From the NCBI RefSeq assembly GCF_004010195.1, contig NC_057719.1, positions 92,829,946 through 92,893,945 on the forward strand: DNA of 64,000 bases, written 5' to 3'. Below the pieces are notes generated by a model. That model saw only the letters and a list, made by a program, of their open reading frames with translations. It was not told where the DNA came from and made no database searches. Positions 1 to 12,940 of this stretch are shown one piece after another. Position 1 is the stretch's first letter; every line of letters starts with the position of its first letter. Source of the DNA: Chiloscyllium plagiosum (taxonomy: Eukaryota). The translations under genes and the position numbers were made by a program.

Positions 1-250
1 GGGGTTGATATAGGACTGAAGTTAGGGGTAGGTTCTTCACTCAGCGAGTCGTAAGTTCATGGAATGCCCTGCCAGTAGCAGTGGTGGACTCTCCCTCTTT
101 ATGGGCATTTAAGCGGGCATTGGATAGGTATATGGAGGATAGTGGGTTAGTATAGGTTAGGTGGGCTTGGATCGGCGCAACATCGAGGGCCAAAGGGCCT
201 GTACTGCGCTGTATTCTTCTATGTTCTATGTTCTATGTTCTATGTTCTAT
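1..250 (+). mobile_element. 3' end of a young CR1 LINE with (TTCTATG)n tail
   Basis: GRFFTQRVVSSWNALP-type ORF2 C-terminus, 3' UTR and heptamer tail at ~217-250; highly similar to the reverse complement of 55186-55400. Confidence 0.9.
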
Positions 251-1640
251 CAGCAAGGCAGCCTTTGTGTGGAGCCGCAGGAGATGGGGGAGATACTCAA
301 TGAGTATTTTGCATCAGCATTTACCGTGGAAAAGGGCACAGAAGATATACAATCAAGGGAAATAGCGGATGACATCTTGAAAAATGTCCATATTACCGAA
401 GAGGAAGTGTTGGATATCTTGAAATGTATAAACGTGGATAAATCCCCAGGACCTGATCAGGTGGCCCCTAGACGTCTGAGAAGCTAGGGAAGTGATTGCT
501 GGGCCGTTTACTGAGATGTTTGTATCATTGATAGTCATAGATAAGGTGCGAGAAGACTGGAAAATTGTTGATGTGGTGCCACTGTTTAAGAAAAATGCTA
601 AGAACAAGTCAGCGAACTATAGACTAGTGAGCTTGACGTCTGTGGTGGGCAAATTGTTGGAGGTATGCCTGAGGGACAGGATGTACATGTATTTGGAAAG
701 GCAAGAACTGATTATGGATAGTTCAACATGATTTTGTGCGTGGTAAATCATGTCTCATAAACTTGATTGAATTTTCTCTAACAAGTAACAAAGAAGATTG
801 ATGAGGACAGCACGGTATATATGATTTATGGACTTCAGTAAGGCATTAAACCAGGTTCCCAATGGGAGACTGATTAGCAACGTTAGATATCATGGAGAAC
901 GTGCCATTTGGATACAGAACTGGCACAAATGTAGAAGACAGAGGGTGATGGTGGAAGGTTGCTTTTCAGACTGGAAGCCTGTTGTCATTGGACCGCCACA
1001 AGGATCAGTACACACGGACTCCATTTCTCTTCCAGTTTCTGCTCTCTCTCCCAATCCCTTCACACTCACTGAGTCCTCCATCACAGGGCCACTGCGTCTG
1101 CACAGGTCATGGTCACGTGTTGATCTACTGGACCCACCCATCATTCACTCTCATTGGCTGGATGATTGCTCTAGCTCTCCTTTTGGTCTGAAGCTGCCGG
1201 CAATCAGCCGGCCCCATTGCGGCGTCATGGTAGGATCCTCCCTTGAGCGTTGGAAGCTGATGAGTGACCTCATTGAGGTTTATAAAAAAATGAGGGGCAA
1301 GGATAGTTTAAATATACAAGCTCTTTTCCCTGGGGTGGGTCAGCCCTACGACAGGGCACAGTTTTATTGTGAGAGGGGAAAGTTTAAAAGGGACATCAGA
1401 GGCAACTTCTTACACATAGAGGTTGGTGCATGTATCTTTTATCAGGAGACGTGATGTAGGCTGATACAATTACACCATTTGAAATACATCCCGATGGGTA
1501 CATGATTAGGAACCGTGTGGAGGGATATGGGCCAAGTGCTGGCAAATAGGCTCGACTAGGTTCGGATATCTGTTCGGCTTTAACAAGTTTGACCAAAGGG
1601 TCTGTTTCTGTGCTGTTTCTCCATGCCTCTATGACTCTGC
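251..1640 (+). mobile_element. Decayed CR1 ORF2 (RT) plus 3' UTR, interrupted at ~1008-1236 by non-CR1 DNA
   Basis: DKSPGPD, NYRLVSLTSVVGK, MDFSKA, PQGS motifs with stops and frameshifts. Confidence 0.9.
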
Positions 1641-1747
1641 CCTCGGCTGAGCTACATCATTCCCATTCTGCTAACATTATGACATTATCTGACAATCTGC
1701 TAACTCTCCATAAAATAGAAAACTACCTTAAATTTAATTTATTAGTG

Positions 1748-2778
1748 TCATAGAGATGCACTGCGCAGAAACAGACCCTTTGGTCCAACTTGGCCATGCT
1801 GACCAGGTATCTTAAATTAATCTTGTCCCATTTGCTAGCACTTGGTCAATATCCTTCTAAACCTTACCTAATCACTACCCAAACAGATGCCCGTTAAATT
1901 TTCTAATTGTGCCAGCCTCCACACTTTCTCTGGCAGCTTATTCCATACAGATACCAAGTTCAGCTTGAAAACATTGCCCATTAGATCCCTTGTAAAGAGT
2001 TTTCCCTCTCACCTTAAGCCTGTGCCCTTTAGGTTTGGACTCACCTAACCTGGGGAACAACCCTGGCTGTTTACGTTATCCATTTCCCTCATGACGTTAT
2101 CAACCTCTAAAGTCACCTCTCAGCATCCGATGTACCGGGGAAACAGCCCCAGCCGATTCAGCCTCTCACGATTGGTTAAAACCTCTACCCTGGCAACATA
2201 TTTGCGCATCTTTTCTGAACCCTTTCAAATTTCACAATATAATTCTTATAGAACGGAGTGCAGGACTGAAAGCAGAATGCCAGAAATGAATGAATCAATG
2301 CCCTGTACAACTGCAAAATGATGTCGCAACTCCTATACTCACTGCACTGATCAGTAAAGGCAAGTATACCAGGGGAATTCTTCACTAACCTGCGTTTCTA
2401 TGATTCCAGTTTTAAGGACCTACGAACCTGCAATCCAAGGTCTCTTTTTTCAGCAACACCCCCCAGGACCTGCTCATTAAGTCCTGCCCTTATTTGCCTT
2501 TCCAAAATGTAGAACCTCTTATTTATCTAAATTAAACTCGATTTGTCACTCCTCAGCCGATTTGATCAAAGTCCTATTGTACGCTGAAGTAACCTTCTTC
2601 GCTGTCCGCTACACCTCCAATTTTGGTGTCTACTGTAAACCTACTAACCATGCCTTCTATATTCACATAGAGATAATTGATATAAATGACAAAATGCAGT
2701 TGACACAGCACCGATCCTGACAGAACTTTGCTCATCAGAAACCTCGAGTCCGAAAATCAATGCTCCACCACTACCCTG
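1748..2778 (-). mobile_element. CR1 3' fragment (RT C-terminus + 3' UTR)
   Basis: Antisense ERVQKR..MLPG (ORF 2185-2385) and CTCTATGAC tail at ~1748. Confidence 0.85.
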
Positions 2779-3715
2779 ACTGCTTAGCAAGGTTAGATCT
2801 CATGGAATACAGGGAGAACTAGCCACTCGGATACAGAACTGACTCAAAAACAGAAGACAGAGGGTGGTGGTGGAGGGTTGCTTTTGAAATTGGAGGCTTG
2901 TGGCCGGTGGAGTGTCACAAGGATTGGTGCTGGGTCCACTACTTTTCGTTATTTATATAAGAGGCACAATAAGTACATTTGCAGATGACACAACAATTGG
3001 AGGTGTAGTGGACAGCAAAGCAGGTTACGTCAGATTACAAATGGATATTGATCAGATGTCCCAATGTGCTGACAAGTGGCAGATGGAGTTTAATTCAGAT
3101 AAATGCAATGTGCTGCATTTTTGAAAAGTGAATCTTAGCATGACTTATACACTTAATGGTAAGGTCCCGAGGAGCGTTGCTGAACAAAGAGACCTTGGAG
3201 TGCAGGTTCATAGCTCCTTGAAAGTGGAGTCGCAAGTAGACAGGATAGTGAAGGCGGCGTTTGATATGCTTTTCTTTATTGGTCAGAGTATTGAGTACAA
3301 GAGTTGGGAGGTCATGTTACAACCGTACTGGACATTGGTTAGGCTACTTTTGGAGTATGGCTTGCAAGGTAAGATAGAAGCAGGGAGTTTATTTCCACCG
3401 GGGGCGGGTGAAACGAGAGGACATAACCTCAATATAAGGGTATCAGATTTAGGACTGAGTTCAGCATGAATTTCTTCAGCTAAAGGGTTGTGAATGTGTG
3501 GAATTCCCTGCTGAGTGCAGCAGTTGAGGCTATCAGCTTGAATGTTTTTAAGGCAAAATGTAGATTTGTGAACAGTAAAGAAAATAAGGGTCATAGTGAG
3601 AGAACAGGAAAGTGGAGCTGAGGCCATGAGAAGATCAGCCCCGATCTTATTGAATGGCAGAACAGGCTTGAAGTGCCAGTTGACTTGCTCCTCTTCGTCA
3701 TGTTCTAATGTTCCC
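2779..3715 (+). mobile_element. CR1 RT fragment followed by the 3' end of another CR1 subfamily
   Basis: GVSQGLVLGPLLF, FADD, WQMEFN motifs; switch to a different 3' end at ~3363. Confidence 0.85.
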
Positions 3716-3869
3716 ACTTTCCTGCCATCCTTTTACCTATGAATAATCTCCCACAACAAATTTTTAAAGATCTTGCCCTGTGCCATTAAAATTGGACTTT
3801 GTCAAATTTAGAACCTTAACATTTCGATCTGGTCTATTCTTTTAGAAATATTTTTAAAATAATAGAATT

Positions 3870-4197
3870 ATCAGAGAATCCGAGCAGTGCAGAAGTAGAC
3901 CTTTCAGGACATCACGTCCACACTAACTCTCAAAGCCACCTACCCTACCACTGTAACGCTGAAATTCCCTCTGCTAAACTATCTAGCCTACACATTCCTG
4001 AACATTATTGGCAATTTCACATGGCCAACCCACCCAACCTGCGTATTTCTGAACACTATGGGCAGTTTAGCCTGCATAATCCACCTAACCAGCACATCCC
4101 AGAACACTATGCGCAATTCAGCCTTGATAATTCACCTAAACTGCACATCTTTGGACTGGGAGGAAACTAGAACAACCGGACAAAACCCACGCAGACA
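3870..4197 (-). mobile_element. HE1/V-SINE-like element, partial, with an internal 51-bp tandem triplication
   Basis: Antisense GCACATCTTTGGACT-GGGAGGAAAC core; unit GAACA(C/T)TAT recurs at 4000, 4051, 4102. Confidence 0.75.
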
Positions 4198-4435
4198 ACC
4201 CCAATAAGGTGGACAAAATGGTGGCACAGTGGTTTGCAGTGCAGGCTCAGAATACCAGGGACCTTGGTTCTATCCTAACCTTGGTCTGGCTGAGTTAACT
4301 GTGGTGAACAAGCCTCCTGTGTGACGTTATGGAATAGGTCTGGCTGGGATGGTCTTCAGAGCGTTGGTGCAGTCTCAATAGGCCAAATGACTTCTTTCTG
4401 AACTGTAGGGATTGTATGATTCAAAATTATTTTTA

Positions 4436-4755
4436 GAGCGGCATTGTAGCTCCGTGGTTAGCACTGCTGCCTCACAGCACCAGGAACCCCGGTTCGATTC
4501 CAGCCTTGGGCGACTGTGAGGAGTTTGCACATTCACCCCGTGTCTGCATGGGTTTCCTGCGGGTGCTCTGGTTTTCTCCCACAATCCAAAGATGTGCAGT
4601 TCAGGTGAATTGGCAATGATAAATTGCCCATAGTGTGATATACGTTATTCAGGAATAAAATGTAGGGGAATGGGTCTGGGTGGGATACTCTTCGGAGGAT
4701 TGGTGTGGACATGTCTGTCCAAAAGGCCTGTTTCCACATTGTAAGGTATCTAATC
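4436..4755 (+). mobile_element. HE1-like tRNA-derived SINE
   Basis: GTGGTTAGCACTGCTGCCTCACAG A-box region, GGTTCGATTCC B-box, V-SINE-like core, CR1-like tail. Confidence 0.9.
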
Positions 4756-6280
4756 CCTTTATTATTTACCATTTCCACACAAATAACTTCTCTGGATGTA
4801 CTCCCATGAATATCCGCCCTCAGCACAGCATTAATGCTATCCCTAATCAAAACAGCCACTCCGCCTCCTCTCTTGTGTCCCTTTCTACTCTTCCTCTTAC
4901 ATCTTTACCCTGGAAGAGCCACGTTTCTGTAATACCCATGGTATCCCACTCTCATGTTCAAAAACCATATATTGAGCTCATCTGCCTTCCTTGTCAGGCC
5001 TCTTGCATTGAAATAAATGCAGTGTAACTTGTCAGTCTTACTCGTTCTGTGTCTTGCCCTGGCCGGCCTTGAGTGTCTAATTTTTCATCTGTACCAGCCT
5101 CAGGCATACCTCTTTTCTCACAATCTCTTTGAGTTTACCGCCACTCCCTCACTGGTTTAATGAATCCCAAGTAGCACTAGCAAATCTCCCAATTTGCTTA
5201 TTAGGAATTTCCATTCAGGTACAATCCACCCTTCTTATGCAGGTCAATTCTACCACAGCAGAGATTCCATTGATCCAAAAAACGTGAATTCTTCCCCACT
5301 GCACCAGATCATTAGCCACACATTCATCTGCTCTATCCTACTCTGACAAGCATTTGGCACCAGGGGTAATCCAGGGCTACAAACGAGGATCTACATTTTA
5401 TCCTTCAGGCTAATTTTGTATATTCCCCGGTCAGGACTTCATTGTTTCCTCTTCCAATGTCATTGGTACCATTGTACAATTATCTCTTACTGATCATTCT
5501 CCACTTTCTGAATATTGTGCACCCTCTCTGAGACATCGTTGATCTTGGCATTAGATAGGCACCACCTCATTCTGATGTCTCACCGTCAGCTGCAGAAAGG
5601 GCAGTCTGTGCCCCTGAAGAGAGCATTTCCTATCACCTTTGATCACCTGGAACCTAAAACAACTCTCATTACATTCCAGCCAGTCTCAATACCAGTAACA
5701 TGGCTTTCAGTCCTGCTTCCCTGGAGAGTCTACGACCTCTACGTTTTCCGAAACAGTACATTTGTTTGAGATAGTGATAGCCACAGGCGACTCCTGCACT
5801 ACCTGCTCTCTGTTGCTACCGTTCCGAGAGGTAACCCATTTACCTGACTGGATCTGCAGTTTTCCTACCTTTCTGAAACTGCAACCTATCATACTCCTGG
5901 CTCCTGTAAATTCTTCATTACATTTAACCACCGCTCCATCTGATCCATGAAATCCTATAGCATGTGCACCCTCACTTCCTGCAGACAATCATCAGCATCA
6001 TTGCAGCTCTCCTTGATCTCCTACATCCGACAGGAAGAGCACATCACTGAACGAAAGGCCATCTCTGCACCTTAACATTCCACAGACCCAGAAAAAGTCA
6101 GAGTCTTCCTGCTTTCCAAAACACTACTCTTGGATGAACGAGTACTGATATTTCATATTTTAGAAATTTACTCAAGATATCATCCGATGTGTATTTAATG
6201 AAATAGACCCTCGGCCTACTGATGTTGTAGCTTTACTAAAATAAAACAGACTAAGGTTTATCTTTTAAGAGACTGAAACC
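4756..6280 (-). mobile_element. CR1 5' portion: 5' UTR, ORF1 (Cys knuckle + SGNH esterase-like) and start of ORF2 endonuclease
   Basis: Antisense VMCSSCRM near 6060; esterase-like segment ~5200-5400; AVLIRDSINAV endonuclease segment (ORF 4533-4859). Confidence 0.75.
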
Positions 6281-6289
6281 AACGAGCTG

Positions 6290-8190
6290 TGAGTCACAGA
6301 GATGAACAGCAAGAAACAGCCCCTTCAGTCAAAGGTATCCGTGCAGACCAGATATCCTAACCTAATCTTGTCCCTTTTGCCAGTACCTGGGCCATATCCC
6401 TCTCAGCCTCTCATATTCATGGAAGTATTCAGATAACTTTAAGATGCTGTAATTGTATCAGCCTCCACCATTTACTCTGGCAGCTTATTGCATACACACT
6501 CTACCCTCTGCGTGAAAATGTTGCTCCTAAGTTCACTTTTATACCTTGCCCCTCTTACGCTAAACCTATGCACTCTATTTCTGAACTCTCCCACCCCTGG
6601 GCAAACTCTTTGTCTATTTATTCTAGCAATGCCCCTTATGATTTTATAAACCTCGATAAGGTCACCCTTCAGCCTCTGATGTTCCAGGGGGAAAAAAAAA
6701 CCCAGCCTGTTCAGCCCCTTCCGGCAACTCAAACCCTCCAACCATGGCAACATCCTTGTAAATCTTTTCTGAACCTCTTCAAGTTTATCAACATCCTTCC
6801 AATAGGCGGAGAATAGAATTGCACATAATATTCCAAAATGTCATAACCAATTCCCTGCAAAAATGCAAAATGACGTTCCAACTCCTATATTCAATGCACT
6901 GACCAATAAAGGAAAGCCATAGCAAATATTTTCTCCCAATATTCTGTCTATCTGCACCTCTGCTGTCAAGGAAATGATAAACCTGCACTGCTAGGTCTCT
7001 TTGTTTAGCAACACTACCTCGGAATTTGCCCTTACGTGCATCAGTCCTGCTGAGATTTGCTTTTCCAAAACACAGCATCTCACATTCAGCTAAATTAAAC
7101 TCCATCTGCCACTTCTTAGCCCATTGGCCCATCTGATCAAGATCCCGTTTTAATCTGTGGTAACCATCTTCGCAGACCACTTTCCATCCAATTTGGTGTC
7201 ATCTGCAAACTTACTAACTTTACCTCCTATTTTCATATTCAAAAAATGTTATGTAAATTATGAAAAGTAATGGAGCCAGCATCGATCTTTTTTGGCACTT
7301 CACTGGTCACGGAGCTGCAATCTGAAAAGCAACCCTCCACAACACGTTCTGTTCTATTTTTGAGCCTGTTCGACATCCAAATATGCTAAGTCTCTCTGTA
7401 TTCCATGAGATCTAATCTTGCTAACCTGTCTCCTGCTGTCGAGCACCTTACTGAAGTCCATATAAATCATGTCCACTTCTCTGCCCTCATCAATCCTTTT
7501 TGTTACTTCTTCAGAAATCTCGATCAAGTATGTGAGTTATTACTTCCCATGCACAAAGCAATGCTGATTATCGCTAATCAGTCCTTGCTTTTGCAAATAC
7601 ATTTAAATCCTTTCCCTCGGGATTCCCTCCAACACCTTGCCCACCACATTAGGCTCATCGGTCGATAGTTCCCTGTCATGCCCTTACCACCCTACTAAAA
7701 TAGCCCCATCATGTTACCAAGCTCCTGTCTTCTGGCATCTCACCTGTGACGATCGATGATACAAATATCTCAACAACATGCCCAGCAATTACATCCCCAC
7801 CTTCCCAAAGAATTCTACGATACACCCGATCAGCTGCTTGTGATTGATCCAGCTTAATGCATTACAAGACATCCAGCACCTCCTCCTCTAGTAAAATGGA
7901 CACTTCAAGATGTTACCATCTGTTTCCCAAATTGTGTATCGTCCATGTCTTTCTTAACAGCAAACACTGATGCAAAATTCTCCGTTAGTCGCGGCTCGAC
8001 ACATAGGCTGTCTTGATGATCTTTGAGGGGCCTTTACCTCTCTGGAGACACTTTTTTTGTTCTTAATGTATTTATGAAAAGACTTTTGATTAACATTAAC
8101 CATATTTTCCAAAGCTATATCATGTCCCCTTTTTGCCATCCTGATTTCCGTCGTAAGTATGCTCTGACCGTATTTATCCTCTCGGGACTT
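6290..8190 (-). mobile_element. Decayed CR1 ORF2 + 3' UTR
   Basis: MLPWLEGL...FTQRV, WQMEFN and AKRGHDIAL motifs in minus-strand ORFs. Confidence 0.88.
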
Positions 8191-8199
8191 TTTGGATTT

Positions 8200-9265
8200 T
8201 AGGATTGGAATAAATGCAAAATTTTACATCTTGATATAAGAAACGAGGGCAGGACTTAAACTGATTAAAATTAGGGCTCTGAGTAGTGATATGGAACAAA
8301 GAGACCGAGGGACTCAGGTCTTTGAAGTTTGTGTCACGTGTAGACAGGGTGGTTAAGGTGTTTCGGACACTTGCCTTCATTGTTCAGACCTTTAAGTGTA
8401 GGAGTTCGTTTTATTGAAGCTGTACAGGATGTAGGTAAGGCCTCTTCTGGAATTCGGTGTCCAGTTCTGGTTGCGCTGTTATTGGAAGGATATCACTAAA
8501 TTGCAGCGGGTTCAGAAGAGATTTTTCAGAATGTTGATGGGAATGGATGGTTTGAATTATAAGCAGCGACTGGATAGGTTGGGACTTCTTTCACTGGAGA
8601 GCAGGAGGATGAGGGGGTGATCTTATTAGAGGTTTATAAAATTATTGGGGGGTATAGATAATGTGAATTGCAGCTGTTCTTTCCAGGAGGGGGCGCGATT
8701 CAAGACTGGATACAAACTTTATAAGGCGAGTGGAGAAAGCCTTTAACAAGACACTCGGGAATTTAAAAAAATATTTGCACGGAGAGTGGTTCCTGTATGG
8801 AATGAGCTTCCAGACAAAGTGGCAGCTGTTAATACAATTCCAATTGCAGTGTGGCACAGTGGCTCGCACTGCTGCCTCATACAGCCAGGGATGTGGGTAC
8901 GATTCCGGCCCTGGCTACTGTCTTTGTGGGGTTTACTCGTTCTCCTGTGTCTCCGTAGGTTTCTTCCAGGTGCTCCAGTTTCCTTCCACAGTCCAAAGAT
9001 GTGCAAGTTAGGTGAATTTCGGCATGGTAAACTGCATAGTGTTCAGGGATGTGTAGTTTAGGTGATTTAGTCGGGGGTGGATATAGAGTTGGAGAATCGG
9101 ATTCTATGAGAAAGACATTTGGACAGCTGCATTATTTAGAAATGTGTGAATGGGTGTGGACCAAGTGGCGGCAGGTGAGATTAGTTCCAGTTTGGAATGA
9201 TAGTCGACCCTGGATTGGTTGGACCACAGAGTCTGCTTCTGTGTGGTATATTTTTTATGACTAAC
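8200..9265 (+). mobile_element. CR1 3' fragment with nested SINE
   Basis: VQFW, RVQKRF, WNELP motifs; CR1 resumes after ~9090. Confidence 0.8.
8846..9085 (+). mobile_element. HE1-like SINE
   Basis: GGCACAGTGGCTC..CACTGCTGCCTCA head and CCACAGTCCAAAGATGTGCA core. Confidence 0.85.
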
Positions 9266-10229
9266 GCTTGGTATTTTTTAATTCCTCTATCCTCACAAAT
9301 CTATTACTGCCGCCTCATCCAGCCTTAGAACTCTTCCTTATCGTTATTTCCTCTCCAGCCTCAAATCCCAAACTATCTCTGATATCACTAACATCACTAC
9401 CTCTGTAACATCCCCCAACCTCACCATCCTACAGAACTCTTATATCTTCCAAAATATTAGCCTCACTATTTCTAATCTCCTTGAGTCTCTCCAAGCTCTG
9501 TGTTATGGGTCTTTCTTTAGTTTCAGCCATGAGCATACCATCTTTTTATTTCACACCTGATGATGGCAATATCAGATCTCTGCGCCCCGAGCTGCAGAAT
9601 TTCCTTCTGAACATCTCAGTCTCTCTTTCCTCCCAAAACCATCAAACAATCATGTGTCAACAAATCAAATATCACGTTTTCTGACTTTATTTGAAATGTG
9701 ACTTATCGAATTCCTATATTAAGCATCTCAGCGGTCTACAGGACAGAAAAAAGACTCTACGGTCCATTGGGTCTGTGACATAAAGAAAAAATAAGACCTA
9801 ACTGTTCTAATCTACTTTTCAGTACTTGGTCCAAAGTACTTGATCGTGGCATCGCAAGTGGACACCGAAATACACATTAAATATTTTCAGGACTTCTGAG
9901 TCTCCCACCCTTACAGACAGTGAAACTGTTGCTCTAAAATGACATCACCAAAGAGCAGATGGGTTTGTGCAAAGCAGAGATCACTCAGACATTGGGAAGG
10001 GCGGCAGGTTCCCTGAGATCGGGCACAGGGGATTTACCGGGATGGTCCAAGGAATGGGTTATTTTAGTTGCAGGGATATGGTTGTTGATGATGCATATCA
10101 AGAATATCCATCTGCAATAAACGCATTCTCAACTTCTCCCCTTGCCTGGGCTGTGGTAACCTTCACTAGTCATCTCTCCCTAATGAGAGTGTAATCCTAT
10201 GGTCTGATAGGACAATTTTGACTTTACCT

Positions 10230-12690
10230 TTTACACAATGATGCCTCTCCTTCTCCAAAATCCAGTGAGTCAGGTCCCAACTTGTTGAGGCTTTGTTTAC
10301 AAGATAATCTCTAAAAAACGCGGATCAATTCAGTGAATCTTCTCTAAAATGCCTCCAAGAAAGTGAGATTTTTCCTTATACAAAGGGCTCAAAGCTGCGC
10401 ACATTACCCCAGATGTAGTGGTCTCGCCAGCACTTTAAAAGTTGCTCCAAGGTATATTTGACCTGGTTGAAGTGGTTGCACTTACCCTTTCCACGCCCCT
10501 CATGATTTTATAAACCTCTACAACATCATCTCTCAGCCTATGACACTCCACGGAAACAGCCCCAGCCTTTTATGCCTCCCCCTGTAGCTGAATCCTTCAA
10601 CCCTGGCAACACCCTTGTAAATCCTTTCTGAAACTTTAAAGTTTCAAAGCACCCTAATGATAGGAGGGAGGCCAGAATTGCACACAATGTTCCAAAGTGG
10701 CCTAACCAATGTCCTGTACAGCAACATCATGACCTCACAACTCCGAAATTCAAGGCTCTGACAAATAAAGAAAAACATACTGAACACCTTGTTCACTGTC
10801 CTATCTAACTGCGACTCCACTTGCAAGGAAATATGCACCTGCACTCCAAGGTCTCTCTGTTCATTAAGACAAACTTACTGCAAAGTTTCACATTCCTCTG
10901 CATACTTTGCTCTGCCACTCTTCTTACTGTCATTGGCAAACTTTGACACCCTACATGCAGTCTCAAACTCCAAGACATCTATATAAATTGGAAATATATC
11001 CCTGAGGCACACTATTAGTCACTGATTGCCAGCTAGAATAGTACTCATTTATCCCCACACTTTGCTTCCTGTTGCTAACCAATCCTCTATCCATGCTAAT
11101 ACGCTACCCCTAATGCCTATCATCCTTATCTTTTGCAGCAGATTCTTGTGTGGCATATTGTCAAAGGCCTTTTAGAAATCTAGGTACCCCATATCCGCTG
11201 GGTCACTTTTTCCCACCTAACTCGAAATGTCTTCACAGGATTCCAAGCATTATCTGCCCTTCATGAATCCATATTGTGTCTGATCAATGGGACAATTTCT
11301 ATTGCGATGCCCTGTAATTTCTTCCTTGATAATAGACCCAAGCATCTTTCACACTGCAGAGGATAAGCTGGTCTGTGACTCGCATCTTTTGTCTACCTCC
11401 CTTTTTAAAAAGTGGCGTGACATTTGCTGTTTTCCAATCTGCTGGGACTGCCACAAATTTCAGCAAATTTTGGAAAATGATGGCTAGTGCATCTGCTATT
11501 GCACCTGCCATCTCTTTTAGTACACTGGGATGTATTCCATCATGGCCAGGATATTTGTCCATCCTTCGCTCCATGTCGTCCAACATTCCAACACGAGCTC
11601 TTCTGTAATAATGATAGCTTCCCAGTCCTCACCTACCTTTGAATCTTTGTCAATTACATGCACGTTATACTTCTCCTCCACTCTGATATCCCATAACTAA
11701 TTGACCCCTTCTCACCCTCCAAAAGACCAAAGTTTATTTTTGAGAGTGTGGTGCGGGAAAAGCACAGCAGATCAGGCAGCTTCCGAGGAGCAGAATTTCC
11801 CTGCTCCTTGGATGCTGCCTGAACTGCTGTAATTTTCAAGCAACACACTCTCGACACTAACCTCCAGCGTCTGCAGTCCTCACATTTGCCAACGTCTACT
11901 TTAGCCTCTCTTTTTTTGTATCATATGTTTATAGAAGCCTTTGCCATCTCTCGTTATAATCTGTGATAATTTCTTCTCATGTTCAGTCGTACTTTTCTTT
12001 ACAGCTCTTTTTTGGCTTCCTGTTGACCTTTAAAGTTTTCCAATCTTCTCGTTTCGCTTTTGGCCACTTTGTATGCCTTTTCTCTCAATTTTATTGCCTT
12101 CCTTAGACAGCCAAGGCAGTGTACACCTTTTCTTACACATCTTCATTTTCACTGGAAAACACCTTTGCTGAGCACTTTGAAAAATGCCTGAAAATCATCC
12201 ACTGCTTGTCAACTGTCTCACCATGAAATCTTCATTTCCAGTCCACTCTAGCCAGGTCATCCCTCGTTCTTTTGGAGTCTCCAATGTTTAAGCACAGGAA
12301 TCTGGTATTGGATTTTATCTTCACACTTCATCTGTATTCTAAATTCAACGATATTGTGGTCACTCCTTACAAGATAATTATAACTATGAAGTCATTAATT
12401 ATTCCTGTCTCATTGCACAGGTCCAGATCTTGGATGGCTTGCTCACTCGTCAGTTCAATTTCATACTGTTCAAGAAATCGATCATGGATGCACTCGAAGA
12501 ACCGAGCTGTTTCGACCAATCTGCATGTAAATTAAAATCGCCTATGATAATAGCTATACCATTTTTACAGGTATTAGTTATCCCTTTGTTTATTACCTAT
12601 TCCAACGTGATATTATTATTTGGTGGCCTAAGACTATACCTATCAGTGACTTTTTCTTCTTTGAACTTCAAATGCATCATTCTTATTTCT
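10230..12690 (-). mobile_element. Old CR1 ORF2 with nested CR1 fragment (~10480-10860) and nested hairpin element
   Basis: DKYPGHDGIHP, WKTANVTPLFKKG (ORF 11299-11586); antisense endonuclease segment ~12300-12650. Confidence 0.8.
11742..11890 (+). mobile_element. Penelope-terminus-derived hairpin insertion (older copy)
   Basis: Imperfect inverted repeat GAGAGTGTG...CACACTCTC (11742-11852) plus CTCCAGCGTCTGCAGTCCTCAC tail; degenerate TSD CCAAAGTTTATTTT / CCAACGTCTACTTT. Confidence 0.8.
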
Positions 12691-12704
12691 CCTAATGTGC
12701 GGCA

Positions 12705-12940
12705 ATAAAAGCAACTACTTCCATTATATATAATGTTTCACGATGACAAACATCCTAAGGTGCTTCGCGAATGATGAAAACATTGATTAAAGGTAATAAT
12801 TTTAAGATCCATCTTACAGGAGAATATAAAGGGTTAGGTAAGATATTCCAGCGGCTTCCTTGACAGCTCCAATTATAGAATGATGTAGGTGGGGTGGCTG
12901 GGAAAGGGAATGTGCAAAAGGGAATTGGAGAGGCGCAGGT
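12705..12940 (-). mobile_element. Decayed L2-like LINE 3' end
   Basis: Resembles the shark L2-type tail (CAAC..CATT.ATA...AAGG.GCTTC...GAATTGGAG.GGCGCAG). Confidence 0.5.
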
